A DNA stretch of 52,281 bases, from positions 1 to 52,281 of the forward strand of contig VEQZ01000002.1 in the NCBI GenBank assembly GCA_018882975.1. The letters run 5' to 3'. Each line of letters starts with the position of its first letter. Positions within the stretch are counted from its first letter, which is position 1. This document shows positions 1-13,311 of the stretch, one piece after another. The DNA comes from Rhodocyclaceae bacterium (GTDB lineage: Bacteria; Pseudomonadota; Gammaproteobacteria; Burkholderiales; UBA3065). Both the position numbers and the translations under genes were made by a program. The notes beneath the pieces are model-generated. The model was not told the origin of the DNA. It saw nothing but the letters and a program-made list of their open reading frames with translations, and ran no database searches.

Positions 1-3000
1 CTCTCCGCACCACGCCGACGCTCGAACCGGCGCGTCACCCAGACAAAGAAGGTCGGCACGAAATAGATGGCGAGGAAGGTCGCCGCCAGCATGCCGCCCA
101 TCACGCCGGTGCCGGCCGACTGCCGCGCGCCGGCGCCGGCGCCGGTCGACAGCGCCAGCGGAACCACGCCGAGGATGAAGGCGAGCGAGGTCATCAGGAT
201 CGGGCGGAAGCGCAGCCGCGCCGCCTCCAGCGCCGCTTCCGCGGCTGCCATGCCGTGGCTGTGGCGGTGGCTGGCGAATTCGACGATTAGGATGGCGTTC
301 TTGGCGGCCAGCCCGAGCAGCGTCACCAGGCCGATCTGGAAATACACGTCGTTGGTCAGTGGCGGGATGGGCAGGCCGGTGAGGCCGAACAGGAAATTGC
401 GCAGCCAGACCATGCCGAGCGCGCCGAAGGTGCCGAAAGGCAGGGCGAGCAGCACCGCCAGCGGTAGGCTCCAGCGCTCGTATTGCGCGGCAAGAATGAG
501 GAACACCATGACTACGGCGAGGACCATGGCCAGCGCGCCGGTGCCGCCGGTGCGCTTCTCCTGGAACGAGGCGCCGCTGAATTCGTAGGTGAAGTCCGGC
601 GGCAGGGTCTTGGCCGCGACGCGTTCGACCGCTGCCAGCGCGTCGCCCGAACTCACGCCGGGCGCGCCGGCACCGAGGACCTTGACCGATGGCAGGTTGT
701 TGAAGCGGTTGATGGTGTCGGGGCCGCTTACGTGGCGGATGTCCACCAGCGTCGAGACCGGGATGAGTTGGCCGCTGTTGCTGCGCACCATGACCCGGCC
801 GATGTCCTCGGGGCTGCGCCGGTAGGGTGCGTCGGCCGACATCAGCACCTGCCAGGTGCGGCCGAACTTGTTGAAATCGTTGACGTAGTAGGTGCCCATG
901 GTGGCCGACAGGGTGCTGAACAGCACGTCGAGCGGCACACCCAGTTGCGCCGCCTTCTCGCGGTCCACGTCAAGCCGCAGTTGCGGCGTGTTGGCCCGCC
1001 ACAGCGTCTGCGCGGTCTTGAAGGCAGGGTCCTTGGCAGTCTCGGCGAGGAACTGCTCGGTCACCTCGGCGAGGCGCTTGGGCCCACCCTCGCCGCGGTT
1101 CTGGATGTTCACCTCGAAGCCGCCGGCCTGCCCCAAGCCGAAGATGGCCGGCGGCATGAAGGCCAGCGCCAGCCCCTCCTTGATGTCCTGCGTCTTGTAG
1201 TAGAACTCGCCGACCATGGCGCCACTGGGCAGGCTGCGTTGGTCCCAGTGCACCTGCGTGGCGAACAGTGTGGCCGCGCTGTTGCTATAGGAACCACCGA
1301 AGAAGTTGAAACCGGTGAAAGCGACCACGTGCTCGTTGATCGGGTTGCTCTTGATGCGGGTCATCACCTCGTTGACCACGCGGTCGGTGCGGTCAAGCGT
1401 GGCGCCATCGGGCAGGAACACCGCCGAGATGTAGTAGCCCTGGTCCTCGTCGGGCACCAGCGAGTGCGGCGTGCGCTGCCACAGCCAGCCGGTGGCGGCG
1501 AGCATCAGCCCGAACAGCACCGCGGCCAGACCGCCGCGACGGATCATGAAGCCGACGCCGCGGCCGTAGCGCTCGGTGAAGCGGCCGAACCAGCCGTTGA
1601 ACCAGCGGGTGAAGCGGTTGCCGCTGTCGTCCGAATGTGGTTTGAGGATGATGGCGCAGAGCGCGGGGCTGAGCGTGAGCGCGACCAGCGCCGAGATGAT
1701 CACCGCGATCGAGATGCTCACCGCGAACTGGCGGTAGAGCTCGCCGGCCAGACCGCCGAGGAAGCCGACCGGCACGAACACCGCCGTGAGCACCAATGAA
1801 GTGGCCACGATCGGCCCGGTGACCTGCTCCATGGCGCGGATGGCCGCATCGCGAGGGCTGAGCCCCTCCTGCCGCATCACCCGCTCGACGTTTTCCAGCA
1901 CGATGATGGCATCGTCGACCACGATGCCGATCGACAGCACCAGGCCGAACAGAGTGAGCGTGTTGATGGTGTAGCCGAGCAGCAGCAGGCCGGCAAAGGT
2001 GCCGACCAGCGACACCGGCACGGCCAGCATGGGGATGAGTGTGGCGCGCCAGGTCTGCAGGAACAGCAGCACGACGAGGAAGACCAGCACCATGGCCTCC
2101 ACCAGTGTCTTGATGACGCCGCGGATCGACACCTCGACAAAGCGCGTGGTGTCGTAGGGCACATTGACCTCGAGGCCGGCCGGGAAGGCCTTCTCCATGT
2201 CGGCGATGGTGTCTCGCACTTCCTGCCCGACCTTGAGCGCGTTGGCGCCGGGGCGCAGGAAGATGCCGACCAGCGTGGCCGGCTTGCCGTCGATGCGGCC
2301 GATGAAGTCGTAGTCGGCCGAGCCGAGTTCGACCCGCGCGACGTCCTTGAGCCGCACCTGCGAGGTGCCGCTGCCGGTGCGTACGATGATGTCCTCGAAG
2401 GCGCGCGCTTCCGACAGGCGGCCCTGGGTGGTGACGGTGTAGACCAGCTCTTGGCCCTTGATCGGCTGCTGGCCGACCTTGCCCGGCGCGAACTGCGCGT
2501 TCTGCGCGTTGACCGCGGCGATCACGTCCCCCGGCGTCATGCCCAGCGTGGCCAGCCGGTCCGGCTTGAGCCAGATGCGCATGGCGTAGTTCTTGGCACC
2601 GAAGATCTGCACGCCAGTGGTGCCGGGGATGCGCTTGAGGCGGTCGAGCACGTTGAGCGTGACGTAGTTGCTGGTGTAGAGGTCGTCGAAGCGGCCGTCT
2701 GGAGAGTAGAAGGCCAGCACCTGCAGGAAACTCGACGAGCTCTTCTCGACCGCCACGCCCTGGCGGCGCACTTCGATCGGCAGACGCGCCTCGGCCTGCT
2801 TGACGCGGTTGTTGACGTCGAGCGCGGCCTTGTCGGCGTCGGTGCCGATGTCGAACGTGACCTGGATCTGCAGCACGCCGCTCGAGGCCGATGTGCTGCT
2901 CATGTAGAGCATGCCCTCGACACCGTTGATCTGCGCCTCCAGCGGCGCGGCGACGGTGGATTCGAGCACCTCGGCCGAGGCGCCGGGGTAGACCGCGGTA

Positions 3001-3137
3001 ACGGTGACCACCGGCGGCGCGATGTCGGGGTACTGCGCCACTGGCAGCGCGCGCATCGCTGCGAAACCGGCGATGAGAATGAGGAAAGACATCACCGCCG
3101 CAAAGATCGGGCGGTCGATGAAGAAGCGCGACAGCAT
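1..3137 (-). CDS. RND efflux permease (AcrB/MexB, HAE1-like); 3' end runs off the window start
   Basis: This frame is absent from the ORF track because it has no in-window stop. Hand translation from the ATG (complement of 3135-3137) gives MLSRFFIDRPIFAAVMSFLILIAGFAAMRALPVAQYPDIAPPVVTVTAVYPGASAEVLESTVAAPLEAQINGVEGMLYMSS. Mid-gene (about 1870-1980) reads LFGLVLSIGIVVDDAIIVLENVERVMRQEG. The window edge reads VPTFFVWVTRRFERRRGAE. All are hallmark AcrB-family motifs. About 1045 codons lie in the window. Confidence 0.9.
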   Translation of the reverse strand, partial: MLSRFFIDRPIFAAVMSFLILIAGFAAMRALPVAQYPDIAPPVVTVTAVYPGASAEVLESTVAAPLEAQINGVEGMLYMSSTSASSGVLQIQVTFDIGTDADKAALDVNNRVKQAEARLPIEVRRQGVAVEKSSSSFLQVLAFYSPDGRFDDLYTSNYVTLNVLDRLKRIPGTTGVQIFGAKNYAMRIWLKPDRLATLGMTPGDVIAAVNAQNAQFAPGKVGQQPIKGQELVYTVTTQGRLSEARAFEDIIVRTGSGTSQVRLKDVARVELGSADYDFIGRIDGKPATLVGIFLRPGANALKVGQEVRDTIADMEKAFPAGLEVNVPYDTTRFVEVSIRGVIKTLVEAMVLVFLVVLLFLQTWRATLIPMLAVPVSLVGTFAGLLLLGYTINTLTLFGLVLSIGIVVDDAIIVLENVERVMRQEGLSPRDAAIRAMEQVTGPIVATSLVLTAVFVPVGFLGGLAGELYRQFAVSISIAVIISALVALTLSPALCAIILKPHSDDSGNRFTRWFNGWFGRFTERYGRGVGFMIRRGGLAAVLFGLMLAATGWLWQRTPHSLVPDEDQGYYISAVFLPDGATLDRTDRVVNEVMTRIKSNPINEHVVAFTGFNFFGGSYSNSAATLFATQVHWDQRSLPSGAMVGEFYYKTQDIKEGLALAFMPPAIFGLGQAGGFEVNIQNRGEGGPKRLAEVTEQFLAETAKDPAFKTAQTLWRANTPQLRLDVDREKAAQLGVPLDVLFSTLSATMGTYYVNDFNKFGRTWQVLMSADAPYRRSPEDIGRVMVRSNSGQLIPVSTLVDIRHVSGPDTINRFNNLPSVKVLGAGAPGVSSGDALAAVERVAAKTLPPDFTYEFSGASFQEKRTGGTGALAMVLAVVMVFLILAAQYERWSLPLAVLLALPFGTFGALGMVWLRNFLFGLTGLPIPPLTNDVYFQIGLVTLLGLAAKNAILIVEFASHRHSHGMAAAEAALEAARLRFRPILMTSLAFILGVVPLALSTGAGAGARQSAGTGVMGGMLAATFLAIYFVPTFFVWVTRRFERRRGAE

Positions 3138-3151
3138 GCGGCGGGCGCTGG

Positions 3152-4492
3152 TCAGCGCGCGGCGGCAGACGAGGGCGCGGCGCCGGCGGCGGGAGCCGCC
3201 GCCGCGGTGGGCGCGGCATCGACCACCACCGGCATGCCCGGCTTGAGGCGCATCACGCCGTCGGTGATGATGCGCGTGCCGGCCTGCAGGCCCTTGCGGA
3301 TCACCCAGGCGCGGCCGCCCTGCTCGGTCGGCAGGTCGACCCACTCGCCGACCTCGACCGGGATCGGCACCACCACCGTGTCCGCGCCCTTCTTCTCGAC
3401 CGTCAGCACCATCTTCTGCGCCGGCCCGTCGAGTACCGCGCGCTGCGGCACCACCACAGCGCCAGGCAGTGTCGCGCCGGTCAGGACGATGCGTACGAAC
3501 TCGCCCGGCCGCACGCGCAGGTCGCCATTGGGCAGGCTGGCGCGGTATTCGAAGGCGCCGGTCTTGGGGTTGGCGCCGGGGCTGGTGAAGGAGATGCGGC
3601 CAGGCGTTGCCACCTCGGTGCCGTCGGCCAGACGCACCCGCGCAGCGAGCCCGCCGGCGGGGAGTCTGATCCGGCCGTCGCGCAGGTCCCTGTCAAAGCG
3701 TACACGTTCGCTGTCGGCGAGGCTCCAGACGATGTACAGCGGATCGACCTGCATCAGTCCGGTGAGACGCTCGGGGTCCTGCGGGCCGACCAGCGCGCCT
3801 TCCACCTTCTCGGCGCGGCCGATGAGGCCGCTGATCGGCGCCGTGACGCGGGCATAGCCGAGGTCGAGGCGCGCCTGCCGCAGCACCGCGTCGGCCTGCA
3901 GCACGAGCGCCTTGGCGGCCTCGAGGCCGGCGTTGGCGGTGTCGGCGGCCGAGCGCGCATCGTCGGCGGCCTTCTGGCCGATCACCCGGTCGGCGGCCAG
4001 AGGTGCAAGGCGGTTGGACTCGCGCGCGGCCTGATCGGCTTGCGCCTGCGCCTGCAGCACCTGCGCGCGGGCCTGCGCGAGCCCCGCCTCGGCACGGCTC
4101 ACGGCCGCCTCGAAGGGCCGCGTGTCGAGCGTGTAAAGCAGGTCGCCGGCCTTCACCCGCCCGCCCTCGGCAAAGTGCCGCCGCTCAATGTGGCCGGCCA
4201 CTCGCGCGCGAATGTCGACCTCGCGAGAGCCCGTCGCCTGCGCCGGGTATTCAAAACTCACCGGCGCATCGAATTGTCGCGCCTCGCCGAGCGCCACGTG
4301 CGGCGGCGGCAGGCTCATCAGCATCTTCGGCCCGTCCTCGGACTTGCCGCAGGCCGTGAGCGCGAGTGCAAGCAGTGCCGGTGCCACAAGTCCCGCCACG
4401 CGCCGCAGCCTGAGGCGGCGGTCCCGCGCTGCCGCGGTTTGCCGGGTCGAACGTTTTGCCCAGCCTCGGCGTCGGGTCGGCACGAGGGCCAT
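3152..4492 (-). CDS. RND efflux periplasmic adaptor (membrane fusion protein, AcrA/MexA family), lipoprotein
   Basis: Lies inside ORF 3152..4789. The first 99 codons overlap the pilin gene and are Arg-rich shadow. From Met100 the sequence is MALVPTRRRG...LLALALTAC (lipobox), then IRARVAGHIERRHFAEGGRVKAGDLLYTLDTRPFEAAV, a coiled-coil hairpin, and RVTAPISGLIGRA (lipoyl/hairpin signature). The stop is 14 nt before the permease ATG. An alternative GTG start is at 4399. Confidence 0.85.
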   Translation of the reverse strand: MALVPTRRRGWAKRSTRQTAAARDRRLRLRRVAGLVAPALLALALTACGKSEDGPKMLMSLPPPHVALGEARQFDAPVSFEYPAQATGSREVDIRARVAGHIERRHFAEGGRVKAGDLLYTLDTRPFEAAVSRAEAGLAQARAQVLQAQAQADQAARESNRLAPLAADRVIGQKAADDARSAADTANAGLEAAKALVLQADAVLRQARLDLGYARVTAPISGLIGRAEKVEGALVGPQDPERLTGLMQVDPLYIVWSLADSERVRFDRDLRDGRIRLPAGGLAARVRLADGTEVATPGRISFTSPGANPKTGAFEYRASLPNGDLRVRPGEFVRIVLTGATLPGAVVVPQRAVLDGPAQKMVLTVEKKGADTVVVPIPVEVGEWVDLPTEQGGRAWVIRKGLQAGTRIITDGVMRLKPGMPVVVDAAPTAAAAPAAGAAPSSAAAR

Positions 4493-4500
4493 GGGTCGAC

Positions 4501-4941
4501 TCACCAGCAAGCTGCCACGCGGGCATCGGCCGCGCAGCCCGCCGCACCGCTGGCAGTTCCCTTGCGGCCGGTCTCGTCGAGCGTCAAGGTGCAGCCGCAG
4601 GTGTCGTCGGCGCTGGCCTGGCGGCCAAGCGGTTCGGCGCTGAGGCGGAAGCTCTCGGGGGAGAGTTCGCCGCTGAAGCGGTAATGCCGCGCAAGTTCGC
4701 CGGTGCAGGCGATGACCGGCAGCGAGCCGGGGTAGCTGTAACTGGCGGCGCGTTCGCGTTCGAGCGCGGCGGCGACCTCTCCCAGACACGCGGTGGCGGT
4801 CTGCCGCCGGCTGCGGCTGGCCGAACTGTCGTAGCTGGCGACGGCGATGGCGGCGAGGATGCCGACGATGGCCAAGGCAGCAAGCATTTCAAGCAGGGTA
4901 AAACCGGGCGCGGCGCGGCGTCCGCGGATGTCTTGCGGCAT
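4501..4941 (-). CDS. pilE: Type IV pilin-like protein (PilE/COG4968-type prepilin)
   Basis: ORF 4501..4956. It has the prepilin cleavage/methylation motif RRAAPG|FTLLEMLAALAIVGILAAIAVASY and a C-terminal Cys-containing region (DDTCGCTLTLDETGRKG...CAADARVAACW). I placed the start at Met6 (4941) because a TACAAT box (complement of 4969-4974) would put the transcript start after the 4956 ATG. The 4956 start remains possible. Confidence 0.75.
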   Translation of the reverse strand: MPQDIRGRRAAPGFTLLEMLAALAIVGILAAIAVASYDSSASRSRRQTATACLGEVAAALERERAASYSYPGSLPVIACTGELARHYRFSGELSPESFRLSAEPLGRQASADDTCGCTLTLDETGRKGTASGAAGCAADARVAACW

Positions 4942-5015
4942 GTTTGCTCTTGTCATGGCAAGGGTCGGATTGTAGCGCCGAAGGGGGCTGTCCTGCCGCT
5001 CGCTATACTCGGCCC

Positions 5016-7175
5016 ATGACCATCCGCCGGCTTCCCGACCTCCTCATTTCGCAGATCGCTGCGGGCGAAGTGGTGGAGCGGCCTGCCGCGGTGATCCGTG
5101 AACTGGTGGAGAACAGCCTCGACGCCGGCGCACGGCGCATCGATGTCACGCTCGACGAGGGTGGCGTGCGGCGCATCGTCGTCGCCGACGACGGTGTTGG
5201 CATCGCCCGCGAGGACATGCCGCTGGCGCTGGAGCGCCACGCCACCAGCAAGATCGCCGCGCTGGAGGACCTCGAAGGGGTCGCCAGCATGGGCTTTCGC
5301 GGTGAGGCGCTGGCCTCGGTGGCGGCGGTGGCGCGCATCGGGCTCATCAGCGCGGTGGCGGGCGCAGCGCACGCCTGGCAGATCTTCGTCGAGGGCGGCG
5401 CGCTGCAGGCTGGCGGCGCAGCCACGCTGATCGACACCGCATCGACCGACGGGGCTCGGGCCGACACCGCGACCGGCAAGCCCGTCCCCGTCCCCGACAC
5501 CCCGGGTGGCGGCATGCCAGGGTTGGTTCCGGCGGCGCGCACGCGTGGCACCACGGTCGAGGTGCGCGACCTGTTCTTCAATACCCCGGCGCGGCGCAAA
5601 TTCCTCAAGTCGGCGAGCACCGAGCGTGGCCACTGCGAGAGCACCTTGCGCCGCTTGGCCTTGGCGCATCCGGAGGTGGCTTTTGCCTGGACCTGCGACG
5701 GTCGGACCGCCGAACAGGTACCGGCGCAGGCCTGGGACGCGCGCATCGTTGCGCTCTTGGGCGCCGACTTCGCGGAGGGCCTGCCATTCGAAGAGGAAGC
5801 CGCCGGCACACGGGTGTTTGGCATCGCCCTGCGGCCGGAGGCGGCCGGCGCGCGCGACCAGCAGTACCTGTTCGTCAACCGGCGTTTCGTGCGCGACCGC
5901 ATGCTGGCGCACGCCGTGCGCGAGGCCTACCGCGACATCCTGCACGGCGCCACCGCGCCGGCCTGCGTGCTGTTCCTCGAGACCGACCCGGCGCGGGTGG
6001 ACGTCAATGTGCACCCGGCCAAGAGCGAGGTGCGCTTCCGCGAGCCGCAGGCGCTGTACAGGCTGGTGTTCCATGCGCTGCAGAAGGCCTTGGCGGTGGC
6101 GCCCGGGCAGGGCGCGGCGCCAAGCTACGGCGGGGTGGGCACGGTAGGAGCGGCTGGTGCCGCGCCTGGTGAACAGGGCGCAGGCGAGCACGCGGGAGGC
6201 GCTGCTGCGGCGTTGCGCCCCGGCGAGGTCGGCGCGCTGCGCTGGGGCAGCCAGCGGAGCCTGAACTGGCGGGTGGACGACAGCGGTGGCGTGCCACCGA
6301 TGCCGGCGGCTTGGCGGGCGGCGCTGGGGGAGGCGGGGGACACCGCCGCGTCGGGCCAGGATTATGGGTCCGGGCTGAAGTACGGGACGGCGGCGTCCGG
6401 CGAGCCACAGGCGTGGCGGGGCGGCGGCGAACACGGCGATGCGCCGTCCGGGGATGTTGAGGCATGGCGAGGCGAGGGCGCAGGCGGATACGCCGGTGGA
6501 TCGCCTCAGGGCAGTGGCGCTTACGCCGAGCATTCTTCCGATCAAAGGGCTGGAACCGCCGAACCCCCTGACCGCGCACCACACCAGTTTCGTGCGCCGC
6601 CTTTGGGCCACGCGCTCGGGCTGTTGCACGGCGCCTTCATCCTCGCCCAGAACGACGCCGGTCTGGTGGTGGTGGACATGCACGCCGCCCATGAGCGCAT
6701 CCTCTACGAGCGCCTCAAGGCGCAGATGGACACGCGTATCGAGAGCCAGGCCCTGCTCGAGCCGCTGCCGCTCGAGGTGAGCGAGGAGGCTGCGGCGGTG
6801 GCCGACCAGCACGCCGACGAACTGCGCGCGCTGGGTGTCGAGGTGTCGCGTTTGGGCGCGCAGACAGTGGCCTTGCGCGCCGCACCGGCGCTGTTGCGGC
6901 GCAGCGACCCGCGGCGCTGGCTGCCGCGCCTGCTTGACGAGTGGGCCGCCTACGGCCAAAGCCAGGCTATTGTCGCTCGCCGCGATACCTTTCTCGCCAC
7001 CTGCGCCTGCCATGCGGCGGTGCGCGCCGGCCGCACCCTGAGTCTGGTCGAAATGGATGCGCTGCTGCGCGACCTCGAGGCCACCGAACGCGGCGGCCAC
7101 TGCAACCACGGCCGGCCGACCTGGCGCAGCCTGCCGCTGGCCGAGCTCGATGCGCTGTTCATGCGCGGGCGCTAG
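5016..7175 (+). CDS. mutL: DNA mismatch repair protein MutL (endonuclease-type C-terminal domain)
   Basis: ORF 4944..7175 trimmed to ATG 5016, giving MTIRRLPDLLISQIAAGEVVERPAAVIRELVENSLDAGA (GHKL ATPase N-terminus). The C-terminal domain carries DMHAAHERILYE, ACHAAVRAG, CNHGRPTW and a terminal FMRGR. A long Gly/Ala-rich linker sits between the domains. The stop codon is TAG. Confidence 0.93.
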   Translation: MTIRRLPDLLISQIAAGEVVERPAAVIRELVENSLDAGARRIDVTLDEGGVRRIVVADDGVGIAREDMPLALERHATSKIAALEDLEGVASMGFRGEALASVAAVARIGLISAVAGAAHAWQIFVEGGALQAGGAATLIDTASTDGARADTATGKPVPVPDTPGGGMPGLVPAARTRGTTVEVRDLFFNTPARRKFLKSASTERGHCESTLRRLALAHPEVAFAWTCDGRTAEQVPAQAWDARIVALLGADFAEGLPFEEEAAGTRVFGIALRPEAAGARDQQYLFVNRRFVRDRMLAHAVREAYRDILHGATAPACVLFLETDPARVDVNVHPAKSEVRFREPQALYRLVFHALQKALAVAPGQGAAPSYGGVGTVGAAGAAPGEQGAGEHAGGAAAALRPGEVGALRWGSQRSLNWRVDDSGGVPPMPAAWRAALGEAGDTAASGQDYGSGLKYGTAASGEPQAWRGGGEHGDAPSGDVEAWRGEGAGGYAGGSPQGSGAYAEHSSDQRAGTAEPPDRAPHQFRAPPLGHALGLLHGAFILAQNDAGLVVVDMHAAHERILYERLKAQMDTRIESQALLEPLPLEVSEEAAAVADQHADELRALGVEVSRLGAQTVALRAAPALLRRSDPRRWLPRLLDEWAAYGQSQAIVARRDTFLATCACHAAVRAGRTLSLVEMDALLRDLEATERGGHCNHGRPTWRSLPLAELDALFMRGR

Positions 7176-7223
7176 AAGGATGAGTCGGGGGCGATGCGAG
7201 GGCTGGCGGTGGTCAGCACAGGG

Positions 7224-7268
7224 CTGCCGCTCGCTGCACTCGATGCGCTATTGATGCGCAGGCGTTGA
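7224..7268 (+). repeat. Degenerate 45-nt copy of the last 15 codons of mutL (partner 7131..7175), in frame with mutL
   Basis: Ungapped hand alignment gives 35/45 identical positions. The peptides are LPLAELDALFMRGR* and LPLAALDALLMRRR*. Seven of the 10 mismatches fall at codon position 3. Confidence 0.8.
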
Positions 7269-7301
7269 GCGCATGGCAAACATGGAACGTTCGAGTCAGC
7301 T

Positions 7302-8297
7302 GTGCTGAGCACGGCGCCATCAGTGTCAGGTGAGCCGGCCGCCGCACCGGCGCTGGCCCTCATCGGGCCCACCGCCAGCGGCAAGACCGCGCTGGCGCTG
7401 CAACTGGCCGAGGCGCTCGGCGGTGAGATCGTTAGCATCGACTCGGCGGCCGTCTACCGCGGCCTGGACATCGGCAGCGCCAAACCGACGCCGGAGGAGC
7501 GCAGACGCGTGCCGCACCATCTGGTCGACATCGCCGATCCGCACGAGCCCTACTCGGCCGGCCGCTTCGTGCGCGACGCGCAGGCCGCCGTCGCCGACAT
7601 CCGTGCGCGCGGCGGCGTGCCCATCCTCGCCGGCGGCACCATGCTCTACGTGCGCGCGCTGCTGCTCGGCTTGGCCGAGTTGCCGCAGGCTGACCCGGCC
7701 CTGCGCGCTGCCCTCGATGCGCGCATCGAGCGGGAGGGCCTGGCTGCCGCCCATGCCGAACTGGCCCGGCGTGACCCGCTCTCCGGCGCGCGCATCCAGC
7801 CAGCCGACCGCCAGCGCATCCAGCGCGCACTGGAGCTGCTCGAACTCACCGGCAAGCCACTGGACGTGCTGTTCCGCGAACATGCCCGCCCGCCGGCGTT
7901 GCAGGCGCGCGTGCTGGCGCTGCTGCCGGGCGACCGCGCCGCGCACCACGCCGCCATCGACGCGCGTTTCGCGGCCATGCTCCGCGCCGGTCTGGTGGAC
8001 GAGCTGCGCGGCCTGCGCGCGCGCTTTGCCCTGCATGCCGACCTGCCGGCCATGCGCAGCGTCGGTTACCGGCAGGCGTGGGCGTATCTGCAGGGCGAAA
8101 TGGACGAAGCGGGCCTGCTCGAGGCCGGTCAGGCCGCCAGTCGGCAATTGGCCAAGCGCCAGATGACCTGGTTGCGGCAGTTGCCGGCCGAGTTGGCGCT
8201 GGACCCGCAGCGCGCGGGCTGGCAAGAGGCGGCCATGCGCTGGGCGCGAAGCGCGGTGTCCGCGATCCAAGCCAGCGGGGACAGCGTGGCTCCCTGA
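7302..8297 (+). CDS. miaA: tRNA dimethylallyltransferase MiaA
   Basis: Contains the P-loop LIGPTASGKTALALQLAE, plus SIDSAAVYRGLDIGSAKPT, HHLVDI and YAKRQMTW-like LAKRQMTWLRQ. The start is GTG 7302, with an alternative in-frame GTG at 7323. Confidence 0.9.
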   Translation: MLSTAPSVSGEPAAAPALALIGPTASGKTALALQLAEALGGEIVSIDSAAVYRGLDIGSAKPTPEERRRVPHHLVDIADPHEPYSAGRFVRDAQAAVADIRARGGVPILAGGTMLYVRALLLGLAELPQADPALRAALDARIEREGLAAAHAELARRDPLSGARIQPADRQRIQRALELLELTGKPLDVLFREHARPPALQARVLALLPGDRAAHHAAIDARFAAMLRAGLVDELRGLRARFALHADLPAMRSVGYRQAWAYLQGEMDEAGLLEAGQAASRQLAKRQMTWLRQLPAELALDPQRAGWQEAAMRWARSAVSAIQASGDSVAP

Positions 8298-8348
8298 GAG
8301 CGCTGGCTGCGGAAGCTGTCTCCGCCGACACCCCCGGCCCCGGCCGCG

Positions 8349-8663
8349 CTAGTGCCAGCGCGCCTCGCGGTACGCCTCGACCTCGACATGCGGCGGCCGG
8401 TCCGGCCCGAGCAGCACAAAACCCTCCCGACGGTTGTCGCCGGTCTCGGTGAACTCGAAGCGAAAACGCCGCGCCAGCGCCAGCCAGCCGGACTGGGTAC
8501 GGACGAGCCGGGTGGCCATCAGCGCGACGGTGTCATCCAGCAGCTGCAGGCCGAGCCGCGCGGTCTGCTGCTGCGCCACGGTAAGCGCGAGATCACGCGC
8601 GCGCAGCGTGTCGAGCCAGAACAGGAAGCCGCCGAGCAGCGCCAGTACCGCAAGCCAAGCCAC
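8349..8663 (-). CDS. DUF3301-like small membrane protein
   Basis: 104 aa with a GTG start. It has an N-terminal TM helix (MAWLAVLALLGGFLFWL), then DTLRARDLAL...LQLLDDTVAL...FRFEFTETGDNRREGFVLL, a pattern I recognise as DUF3301. It lies 22 nt downstream of rhlE on the same strand. Confidence 0.6.
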   Translation of the reverse strand: MAWLAVLALLGGFLFWLDTLRARDLALTVAQQQTARLGLQLLDDTVALMATRLVRTQSGWLALARRFRFEFTETGDNRREGFVLLGPDRPPHVEVEAYREARWH

Positions 8664-8685
8664 GATGCTGAACCCCGATGCGGCG

Positions 8686-13290
<4,605 letters not shown>

Positions 13291-13311
13291 CGCTCGGCAC
13301 GGCACACACCG

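Noticed and set aside
483-1799. 438-aa plus-strand ORF antisense to the RND permease.
   Set aside because: It has Arg/Gly/Asp/His-rich low-information composition and is antisense to a well-supported gene. It is a shadow ORF.
1393-3219. 608-aa ORF on the minus strand (MPRPPRRRLPPPAPRP...).
   Set aside because: It is out of frame with the real RND permease gene on the same strand. Its extreme Arg/Pro/Gly/His composition has no recognisable motifs, while the other frame gives textbook AcrB motifs. It is a high-GC shadow ORF.
4953-7109. 718-aa minus-strand ORF covering mutL.
   Set aside because: It is antisense to a full-length MutL with all conserved motifs. The composition is typical of GC-rich antisense frames.
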